Part shown: piece by piece, positions 55,926 to 64,000 of the stretch
Layout: each line of letters starts with the position of its first letter
Position numbering within the stretch: position 1 is the first letter of the stretch
Source of the DNA: a virus
Length of the DNA stretch: 64,000 nucleotides
Strand: one strand, 5' to 3'
IMG/VR virus record: IMGVR_UViG_3300046314_000658
Position numbers and translations under genes: made by a program
Notes under the pieces: generated by a model
What the model was told of the DNA's origin: nothing
The model's input: the letters and a program-made list of their open reading frames with translations, nothing else
Database searches by the model: none

Positions 55926-58325
55926 TTATCCTTTATAGGGTAAGTATTGACCCTTGACACCACGCCAATGCAATGCTGTGCGTACATTGGCTGATGCTGT
56001 ACGAGATACGGAGAGATGCACCCATGGGTTACCATTCGACGGCTCCTCTAAAATCAATCGCTTAAACGGAACTTTCATCGCAATGATTGCATCTACAAGT
56101 TGTTTTGGTGTGAATTTTGACGAGGTAAAGTCAACAGCTTCACCTAACATATGATCACTATTTGCAGCACCTCCAACCACACGGTTGACCGCAGCACTAC
56201 GATATCCACTAGAAACAATAACGGAAATATTCAGAGCATCTTGAATACCTTGTAACACAGCTGCAAGATTAGTTACATTATCCAGAATAGTCTGTGTTGG
56301 TGGTTGGTTTTGACCAGGCGTGGCGTATCGAGATGCGGTGAATGTGCCAAGTGTGAAACTTCGCGTCAACTGCGTTGCATTAGATACCGTAGATATAGTG
56401 GGTTGTGTATTAGTTGAGCCAACAACAAAAGGTTTACTTGATACAGGTACTGGCGTCACCGACTGTGCACCACGACCCTCTGGTGGAATGCTACCAGATG
56501 TAGACTCAGTAACCGATTGAGCGTTAATTTGAGCATAGTTAGTAATCAACAAATCAAGTGTAGTTGTAAATCCACCACTATTGTCGAACGAATTCGATAC
56601 CTTTTGCACGCGCCACAAACCTTGGTACCAGAATTTTTCATACTTTTGTGGACCCGCATTTTGATATACGGTAGATGAAGAAGATGGCATTTTAATATTG
56701 AGGTACACATCCGGAATTTCATCAACAAACGTGAGGGACGCTGTTGTGGCAACGCTGTATGGATTTTTTGCAAACATTGATAACCATCCAGAGTGACCAC
56801 GGGTGCGTACCACAGCTCCCATCTTAGCCGAACCTTGTGACCACACTCTAGCATACATCGCATCATTTTGCTCTTTGAGTACGGACAACTCTTGGCCACC
56901 CGATCTAGTTTGATTTGAGCTTGCACCTGGACCCACTGCAGCCCTAGCTCCAGCTGTATCACCACCAGTTGGTGTAGCTACTGTAGCTGACGGAGTTGCA
57001 CCTGTAGTAACAGTAGTACCCACTCGATACCGATCACTTATAGTTTGTATATTCGTTATCGTTTGAAAGTAAGACATACCTTCATCAATCTGCATATCGA
57101 ATGATTCTATATCTACATTTTTCCCCGTGAAAGTGTAATCATAAATCACAACACCAGGTGTATCTATCAATGCATTTTCAGCATCAGTGGCAGCCACCAT
57201 ATCATCAACAACATCTCTACGAATATTAAAGTAGTGTGGGACAATACGATACACAATGTCAGTACTATCACCACTTGATGCAAACGATGTTACGACACGA
57301 TAGTAAAAAGAATCAACAGTATTTGCTGTAGCTTGCTTTAAGTATTCGGCACACGAATCGAAAATGTATTGAATGGCACCATCGAGTGCAACATTAGGTG
57401 GAACCAACGTTGGTTGATTACCACCAGCTGCGCTTTGTCGCGCATTTCTCATCGAATCAGTAGACCACCCACGTACCTGTTGGATTGATTCATCAATAAT
57501 GATTCTATACTTGATCGGATGTTTATTTGTTGCGATATCTGACGAGAGTCGGTTGAAATTTGCAACAGCATCTTCCGTATATCGATTTGCCACCAAGTCT
57601 AACATATCTTGTATACTGCCACCACCTTGCACCAAGATGCCACTAGACGATGAAGATAGTGCAGGCATGTGAGCAATTCCACCAACACAGTTACTGAATA
57701 TTGCGGTGTATGTAGAACCTAACTCTGTAACCCCAATCTTGAAGTTAGTTATAGTACCATACACAGGGGGAATATCAAGGATGGTGTCAATACGCGCAGG
57801 TTGTCCACCAATTGAATGTGTTTCACCAACAAATACGGTCTTGATAATCGTCAACAACCCTTCAGCTGTCGTATTTAATTCTGTACAAATGGCGCGATAT
57901 ACATTGAGAAATTTAACTCCGTGAGGTTCCTTGATTACAATCTCACCATTTAAACCAATTAATGCTTGTGATCCTGTTGAAATTGGAGTACCTTGCACGA
58001 CAGTTTCTAGTACCAATGAATCTACAACAAAATCAACATCTTGCATACCATTACACAAAACGAAGTAGCTGTCTAGTGTATCACCTGAATCACTAACTGC
58101 AAGCGCCACTCGATACCCATCTTCATTCTTTGGAGTTGGAGTATTGATTAGTTTTAATACTTCTGCATTATTTTCAAATATTGGTGCGACATTTTGAAGT
58201 CCATTTGTAGCACATACAGCCAATATGTGATAATACGAGTATGAACGAAACTTATCCAGCTGGTTTCCGTACAGAGCACGCAACCGCAGCGCGTCGCGCT
58301 CTGTCGTTTGTTTTGGTATACGCAT
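55926..58325 (-). CDS. Baseplate hub-like protein with C-terminal M15 peptidase
   Basis: YTFTGKN.DI; WYQGLWRV..V...F..GGFTT.L; SGYRS..N..VGGA.NSDH..GEAVD..WVH. Confidence 0.75.
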   Translation of the reverse strand: MRIPKQTTERDALRLRALYGNQLDKFRSYSYYHILAVCATNGLQNVAPIFENNAEVLKLINTPTPKNEDGYRVALAVSDSGDTLDSYFVLCNGMQDVDFVVDSLVLETVVQGTPISTGSQALIGLNGEIVIKEPHGVKFLNVYRAICTELNTTAEGLLTIIKTVFVGETHSIGGQPARIDTILDIPPVYGTITNFKIGVTELGSTYTAIFSNCVGGIAHMPALSSSSSGILVQGGGSIQDMLDLVANRYTEDAVANFNRLSSDIATNKHPIKYRIIIDESIQQVRGWSTDSMRNARQSAAGGNQPTLVPPNVALDGAIQYIFDSCAEYLKQATANTVDSFYYRVVTSFASSGDSTDIVYRIVPHYFNIRRDVVDDMVAATDAENALIDTPGVVIYDYTFTGKNVDIESFDMQIDEGMSYFQTITNIQTISDRYRVGTTVTTGATPSATVATPTGGDTAGARAAVGPGASSNQTRSGGQELSVLKEQNDAMYARVWSQGSAKMGAVVRTRGHSGWLSMFAKNPYSVATTASLTFVDEIPDVYLNIKMPSSSSTVYQNAGPQKYEKFWYQGLWRVQKVSNSFDNSGGFTTTLDLLITNYAQINAQSVTESTSGSIPPEGRGAQSVTPVPVSSKPFVVGSTNTQPTISTVSNATQLTRSFTLGTFTASRYATPGQNQPPTQTILDNVTNLAAVLQGIQDALNISVIVSSGYRSAAVNRVVGGAANSDHMLGEAVDFTSSKFTPKQLVDAIIAMKVPFKRLILEEPSNGNPWVHLSVSRTASANVRTALHWRGVKGQYLPYKG

Positions 58326-58328
58326 TGG

Positions 58329-58604
58329 TTATGTTACTCTTGATGGGTGTGGCATTACAAGAACTTTACCTGGATACAACTCTGCAACAGGATCAATGAT
58401 ATTATTATATTGTAGTACCAACCAACCAAGTGAATCATCACCATACAACTGATAGGTAATAATATTCAATCGAGTGCGAGTTTGCTCAGTTAGCTTGATT
58501 GTAATATCATCTGAGCGATGATCGAATTGCTTGCGAGTCCATACTCCTACCCCAACAGCGTTTGAGGTAGTAGTGCCACCGAATGTATAACGAGTCTTTG
58601 TCAT
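58329..58604 (-). CDS. Baseplate wedge protein (gp53/LysM-like)
   Basis: RLNIITYQLYGD..LGWLVLQYNNIIDP..L.PG..L..P. Confidence 0.8.
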   Translation of the reverse strand: MTKTRYTFGGTTTSNAVGVGVWTRKQFDHRSDDITIKLTEQTRTRLNIITYQLYGDDSLGWLVLQYNNIIDPVAELYPGKVLVMPHPSRVT

Positions 58605-58608
58605 GTTG

Positions 58609-60414
58609 TTACCAGCCTATTAACTTACCAGCTTTAAAATCAGCCAGAGAGAATTGCTCAATTTCATACGGAGCTTTTGTTTCTTTTAGTTCTAGTGCGA
58701 TCGTCATAACCGTTGGGAATGGCACACCATCGAGTGTTGGTATATAGTCAACATCATTTGGGTAGTTAAATCCTACTGAGGCAACACATACCGGAACTCG
58801 ACGGATATTTTGAACTGTATTTGTTGCTGTAATACCATCTTCACTATATCCATAAAAATACAACACCGGTGGAGGTGAACCGATACTGCTATTCAACACT
58901 TCATTACTTGGAGTATTCGCATTTGCAGCAGATGGTGTAATCGGAGTAGTCTGCGTCGCAATTGTGGTAGAATCCAACAGTCGCGTAGTAGCTGCACCTA
59001 ATTGCTTGCCATCAATTTTGGATATATTAGTTGCAGTTTTGGATAGGATAGGATTGACAACTGCTGCTGTTACAGACGCAGCGGTGCAGACAGAGGCTGC
59101 AGCAGTTGTAGGTAGATTAGAAACAGACAATAAAGTACCATTCATCGGATCGAAAGTGTTGAGAGCGTAATCAATGTACTCAACAGGTACAGGAGCTGGG
59201 TGGCGACGAAGAAGTTTAGATATTTCTGAAGCGTTCGCAACAGCACTTGCTGCATCTATAGCTCTTTGTTCACGCGCAAGTATGCGTTTTGCTGCAATTT
59301 GCGCAGATTCAGATGTTGGTTCACTACCAAAATCAGATTGGTTTGGACCTTGGGTATGTGATCGACCAAAATACGGCTTAGTCCACGAGCGCAATAGAGT
59401 CAACATCTGTAAGTTGTGTTGAGCTTCTGATGCATTGCGAGAGATTAGTTTAATATCGCTAACCGAGAATGTTCTAGCCGGACTATTCTTATATGCTAGT
59501 ATATGTCCCGGAGCATGTAGTGGTGAAAATTCCGAATACTGTGCTGATTCCGATATGTTGATAATCGGTTGTGTCTTAAACACAAACAACTCACTTGCAT
59601 TAATTGACGATTCTAAATATACCTTGTACGTATGTGGTTGTGGCAGTCCTTCATTCCCAATAGAGTTGTTAGTTACTGTTGTTGGTGTATTGGGAGGTTG
59701 TAGCCGAATTCCTTGTTGTATAGCTTGAGTCGCTCGTTGAACCGACTCGGGAGATGTTGAAGATGTTGATCCACCAATTAAGTCGATTACTGATTTAATA
59801 GTACCTGCTTGTTTAACTTCTGGAAGATTGTCAAACGTTGAGTGAAAACTATTAAGTACTGCTGTCCCAAACACAGCGTATTGCTGTGCATTTAGAATTG
59901 CGGTACCATATTTTTGTACCACAGAATTCTTGCCGAGATTAATGGCTGAGTTTGCAAGCACTGCTAACCCCGACGATAGAGGACCAGAATTTGCACTGAC
60001 CCCAAATGTAGGGGATGTTGATGCAATAAACCCACGAATGCCAGAAAATAAACGAGTTGCTACATTACCTCGATATTGATTGGATCCGATATCAGTATCC
60101 CCCGTTTGAGTTCGAGATGTCTGCAAGACTGTAGCAATTGTCCCACTAACTGCACTACGGACTGCCGCCTGGTATCCGCTTGGCATTCCAAGCGTTTGTG
60201 AACCAGATGCTATTGCATCAACCACACCAGATGGTGGTAGCACAGCAGCATTGCGCTGCTGTGGTTGGTTATATGATGAACGATTATCGTATGCAGTTGA
60301 CGCAGGAGTTGGTTGCCTACGCGGTGCTTGCACACCGTCTACAGAGGTTTGGGCATTGGGGTTGTTGAGGATGGTCTCGAGCAACGAGCCTGACGGAAGT
60401 AATTTAATACCCAT
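58609..60414 (-). CDS. Baseplate/tube-initiator-like protein with large insertions
   Basis: P.I..SESAQY; LRSWTKPYFG; GSPPPVL; VPV..SV.F.YP.DVDYIP; LKET. Confidence 0.6.
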   Translation of the reverse strand: MGIKLLPSGSLLETILNNPNAQTSVDGVQAPRRQPTPASTAYDNRSSYNQPQQRNAAVLPPSGVVDAIASGSQTLGMPSGYQAAVRSAVSGTIATVLQTSRTQTGDTDIGSNQYRGNVATRLFSGIRGFIASTSPTFGVSANSGPLSSGLAVLANSAINLGKNSVVQKYGTAILNAQQYAVFGTAVLNSFHSTFDNLPEVKQAGTIKSVIDLIGGSTSSTSPESVQRATQAIQQGIRLQPPNTPTTVTNNSIGNEGLPQPHTYKVYLESSINASELFVFKTQPIINISESAQYSEFSPLHAPGHILAYKNSPARTFSVSDIKLISRNASEAQHNLQMLTLLRSWTKPYFGRSHTQGPNQSDFGSEPTSESAQIAAKRILAREQRAIDAASAVANASEISKLLRRHPAPVPVEYIDYALNTFDPMNGTLLSVSNLPTTAAASVCTAASVTAAVVNPILSKTATNISKIDGKQLGAATTRLLDSTTIATQTTPITPSAANANTPSNEVLNSSIGSPPPVLYFYGYSEDGITATNTVQNIRRVPVCVASVGFNYPNDVDYIPTLDGVPFPTVMTIALELKETKAPYEIEQFSLADFKAGKLIGW

Positions 60415-60416
60415 GG

Positions 60417-61040
60417 TTATTCCAACCCCATTCGATTACGCAACAATTCAAATAATGAAGCTGCTTGTCGTTGTGGTTGTCCAGTAATTACCGTGAACGA
60501 CTTGATGTCGTTATCTGCAACAGCTTGTCGTGCTTTGGTACTCGATGCGAGTGAAGCTGGATCATCAGCATCTGTACGGGATAAAGATCTCACATCAGGG
60601 GGAGTTTTTTGGTAATCAACATCAAATATTTTAGAAGATAAATCACGATACTTATCAACGCGATCCTCACCACAGACGAGCAGGTCAAGATCTCCACCCG
60701 TCTCCTTGACATTAACTAGTGCTTGAAAAGCATTTGCCGTAACCATCACTTCGACAGTTGGGTACACTGATTCTATTAGTTGCTTGCGTTCAGCTCCTGT
60801 TAACAATCTGTCGGTGGTGTTCAATCCACCTACATCGACAACTGCCACAACTGGAACTAGGTCACGTTGCTTACACGCAATCAACAGTTGATTGATCATT
60901 TTTTTATGACCTATTGTCAATGGTGAAAATTTACCAATCACCATCCCGATAGCTGGCGGTGTGGGGTCATCAATGCTCCCACGCTCCTCTCGGAGTGACT
61001 CCTGTATCGCTTGCTTTGATAAGTAAAATGCTTTAAACAT
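60417..61040 (-). CDS. Cytidylyltransferase-like (HIGH-motif) protein
   Basis: GKFSPLTIGH, GEDR, SSTKARQ. Confidence 0.75.
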   Translation of the reverse strand: MFKAFYLSKQAIQESLREERGSIDDPTPPAIGMVIGKFSPLTIGHKKMINQLLIACKQRDLVPVVAVVDVGGLNTTDRLLTGAERKQLIESVYPTVEVMVTANAFQALVNVKETGGDLDLLVCGEDRVDKYRDLSSKIFDVDYQKTPPDVRSLSRTDADDPASLASSTKARQAVADNDIKSFTVITGQPQRQAASLFELLRNRMGLE

Positions 61041-61136
61041 TGGAGGGTAGATAGGTACTCGATTGTGTATTTATCTGTGCAACGTTGTCAACAACGTTGC
61101 AAACTGGTAACTTTAATTGGTACTGTTCAAACAAAT

Positions 61137-61709
61137 ATGGCAAAAAAATCTACAAAAGCACCAGCAATTGCATCAATTGAAACGATCATTGACGACATTC
61201 CCGATGAAGTTATTGCAGAGATCATCGATGCACCAGTTGTCGAAGAGGTAGTTCAAGTTGTAGACATCGGAGCTCTCGAAAAGCCTGGTGTATACGTAAC
61301 CAACAAAGCTCTACTAGCAGAATTCAAACGTAGTCGGGAAAAGGGCGAAATGACCACTGAACTTGCTAAGATGGTCATGTTAATATGCGAGCGGTATGCT
61401 CGACGTGGTAGTTATGCTAGTTATACATACAACGAAGACCTACAAAGTTTTGCATTAATGAATCTTGTGAAGTCGTGGAAGAGCTTCAATCCTGAAAAAT
61501 CACAAAATCCTTTTGCTTATTTCACTAGTTGCATTCACAACTCGTTCTTGCAATATCTCAATCAAGAGCGCAAACATCGCAATATTCGCGACGCTCTGCT
61601 CGTAGAAAATGGACTTGACCCTTCGTATACCTACACAGGCTCATACAAATACGATGGTGACAAGACTGATAGCTCTACAGAATCCACAACCGATGAAAAA
61701 GCCGAATAA
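61137..61709 (+). CDS. Late-transcription sigma factor (gp55-like)
   Basis: YVTNKALL, YTYNEDL, FNPEKSQNPFAYFT..HNSF. Confidence 0.9.
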   Translation: MAKKSTKAPAIASIETIIDDIPDEVIAEIIDAPVVEEVVQVVDIGALEKPGVYVTNKALLAEFKRSREKGEMTTELAKMVMLICERYARRGSYASYTYNEDLQSFALMNLVKSWKSFNPEKSQNPFAYFTSCIHNSFLQYLNQERKHRNIRDALLVENGLDPSYTYTGSYKYDGDKTDSSTESTTDEKAE

Positions 61710-62763
61710 ACAACTCAATAAGATGCTGATTTTTACCGACTATCACGTCGGTAAATCTCGCGACCTGTTTTACACTTCCGTTACCAATGATTATATGGAT
61801 TGGTTCTGCGACCTTGCACAGAATACTCCAGGCATTGACAGTATTGGATTTTTAGGAGACTGGCACGAGTCTCGTAGTCACCTGCATGTCGACACGATGA
61901 ACCTAACATACCGTCTAACCAAACGTCTCAACGACCTTGGTTTGCCAGTGTATTTTGTCGTTGGTAATCACGACCTGTTCAATAAACACAATCGGGACTT
62001 ACACAGTTGCGTGTTTCTAAACCTGCTTGATAACTTCATCGTCATCGACCAGCCCATGATTCGACCAGAATTTGATGGTGGTGCGTTGTTTTCACCTTTT
62101 TTGTTCCATGAAGAATATGATACACAGTTGTTGAATCAGAAATCCCAACACTTACTTGGCCACTTCGAGTTTAAAGACTTTGTCATAACTGGGTATAACA
62201 CAAAAATGGAGTCTGGTCCCGATTGCACACAACTATCAGACTACAAAAAGATTTTATCTGGACACTTCCACAAGCGACAGAAGACGCGTAATGTTGAATA
62301 TATTGGTAACACATTTAGTACATCGTTTGCAGATGCGAATGATACTCAACGTGGTGCTTGCGTATACGAGTTTGATAAGGCAAAAACTACTTACATCAAT
62401 TGGACTGATGGACCACAGTACATCAAAACAACTCTATCAGACCTATCCGACGGCAAGGTAAATGCAACACTAACTCCAAAAACATTCGTACGATGCATTG
62501 CAGATACGAAGATCACATACGAAGAGCATTCTATGTTGAAGGACACCTTCCTGAAACAGTACGGGGTTCGATCCATATCAATCGAAGAGGATAAGGTGGC
62601 TGCAAAAGCGATTCTGTCAGAAACACTACCAGGCATTACACAGGATGAGTTGGCAAAATCCACCACCGATGAACTTGTACACAAAATGTTGAGCCAACTT
62701 TCTGTAGATGGTATAAACAGTAAGACGCTTGTCGAACTGTATAAGGCTTTGGGTAAATCGTAA
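61693..62763 (+). CDS. Recombination nuclease subunit (gp47/Mre11/SbcD-like)
   Basis: TDYH.G, LGDW, VGNHD, GHFE, SGHFHKRQ. Confidence 0.92.
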   Translation: MKKPNKQLNKMLIFTDYHVGKSRDLFYTSVTNDYMDWFCDLAQNTPGIDSIGFLGDWHESRSHLHVDTMNLTYRLTKRLNDLGLPVYFVVGNHDLFNKHNRDLHSCVFLNLLDNFIVIDQPMIRPEFDGGALFSPFLFHEEYDTQLLNQKSQHLLGHFEFKDFVITGYNTKMESGPDCTQLSDYKKILSGHFHKRQKTRNVEYIGNTFSTSFADANDTQRGACVYEFDKAKTTYINWTDGPQYIKTTLSDLSDGKVNATLTPKTFVRCIADTKITYEEHSMLKDTFLKQYGVRSISIEEDKVAAKAILSETLPGITQDELAKSTTDELVHKMLSQLSVDGINSKTLVELYKALGKS

Positions 62764-62766
62764 AAC

Positions 62767-64000
62767 ATGCTTAAAATAAAACAAATCTCATTTCGTAATT
62801 TTCGCTCGTACGGTAAAGTCGACACTGTAGTAAATTTTGAAACCCCTGGCACTACGCTACTAACAGGAAAAAATGATGATGGTGGAACGACGAATGGGCA
62901 CGGTAAAACTTCCATTTTATTTGCACTCACGTGGTTGCTGTATGATAAGGTTATTGACTCCATCAACAAAGATGAATTGATAAACAACACAAATAAAGTT
63001 GACATGCATGGTGAGGTTTCGTTTTCAGTCAAGAATGATGAAGTCGTTGTAAAGCGGTGGCGCAAAAGTGGCAAAGGCAATCGCGACAATGGTGCAGCAT
63101 TGTTTATCAATGGTATTGATGTTACTCCAGCTGGGAATGATAAAATTAATCTAAAAATTCAGGAGTTGATTGGAATTGACTTTGAGTTATTTTCACGAAT
63201 TGTTGTGTACAGCGCATCAAACAAGAGTTTCTTCGACTTACCATCAACATCTCATTACGAATCTAACCAAACTGACATGGTTGAGCAGTTATTTAATTTG
63301 CAAATGTTATCCGAGCGGGCAGTTGCACTCAAAGCACAAATAAAAACTACTGAAACAGATCTAATTACTCAAAAAAAGCTAATTGAACAAGCAGAGAAAC
63401 AATTAGAGTCGCATTCTACGCTCGTCAATAAGACAGAACAGCGAAAGGGCATCTGGGAACAGAATCGCTTGAATGAAATGAGTGCGATTGAAGCTGACTT
63501 AGATTTGATTACTCACGTCAATTTTGATGAGGAAAAGAAGTATCACGATACAATAACTGAGTGTGTAGCTACACGGAAGGAGTTGCTTGGTGAGAAGCGA
63601 GTACATGAAAATGTACACAACACACTAACTCGTCAAGTGAAAGAGTTGAAAAGTGAAGTGGCGAGTCTTTCTGATTCAACCTGCCCATATTGCGAGCAAG
63701 AGTTTGCGGGCGCAGCAGATAAACGCAAACAGGTACAAGAGCAACTGGTTAAATTTACCGCTCAGTTAGAATCCATTACAACCGAGATTGCAGAATGTAA
63801 CACTCAGATTGCAACACTAGATCGACTAACGAAAAACACACTTGCAAAAACTACTGTCAATGATTTTGATCACCTCGTTGAATTAAAAGCAACCCACAAT
63901 GATCTGGTAGCAAAACTAACTCAACTTAAAGAGCAATTTAATCCACACACCGAGACTCTACAAGAATTGATTGATGCAAAACCAATTGTTCCAGATTTTA
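62767..64000 (+). CDS. Recombination ATPase subunit (gp46/Rad50/SbcC-like), runs off the window
   Basis: MLKIKQISFRNFRSYG; NGHGKTS Walker A; CPYC zinc hook; coiled coil. Confidence 0.9.
   Translation, partial: MLKIKQISFRNFRSYGKVDTVVNFETPGTTLLTGKNDDGGTTNGHGKTSILFALTWLLYDKVIDSINKDELINNTNKVDMHGEVSFSVKNDEVVVKRWRKSGKGNRDNGAALFINGIDVTPAGNDKINLKIQELIGIDFELFSRIVVYSASNKSFFDLPSTSHYESNQTDMVEQLFNLQMLSERAVALKAQIKTTETDLITQKKLIEQAEKQLESHSTLVNKTEQRKGIWEQNRLNEMSAIEADLDLITHVNFDEEKKYHDTITECVATRKELLGEKRVHENVHNTLTRQVKELKSEVASLSDSTCPYCEQEFAGAADKRKQVQEQLVKFTAQLESITTEIAECNTQIATLDRLTKNTLAKTTVNDFDHLVELKATHNDLVAKLTQLKEQFNPHTETLQELIDAKPIVPDF

Noticed and set aside
62391-63110. 239-aa minus-strand ORF
   Set aside because: Antisense to gp47/gp46, with no motifs
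1-64000. Stop-codon reassignment
   Set aside because: Core genes are full length in code 11 and end in TAA, TAG and TGA; gene breaks are explained by split inteins

Overview
The window is 64 kb of a large T4-related (myovirus-type) phage genome in the standard genetic code, with most genes on the minus strand. The host is probably a Gram-negative proteobacterium (inference). Recognisable core genes are the gp41-like helicase, gp55 late sigma factor, gp47/gp46 nuclease, rIIA/rIIB, class Ia nrdA/nrdB, ThyX, thioredoxin, FolE and QueD, an RNA ligase, baseplate/tail genes and three PKD-domain fibre genes. There are five intact free-standing endonuclease genes. Notable findings: (1) three genes are fractured by naturally split inteins (nrdA, nrdB, and an AAA+ ATPase whose intein splits atypically into a 20-aa IntN and a 146-aa IntC inside Walker A); (2) a circularly permuted two-piece tmRNA with tag AANASNSDRFLLVA lies directly behind a GIY-YIG gene; (3) a 416-aa protein looks like a protease-processed polyprotein of about seven small modules, and several enzymes carry capsid-targeting-like N-termini; (4) a pseudoknot leader precedes queD; (5) a 54-aa ORF carries a major-capsid-like FYCPYIP motif; (6) a TAXI-like gene has its ATG out of frame in an A-run. 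All calls come from reading motifs by eye; no database search was run.
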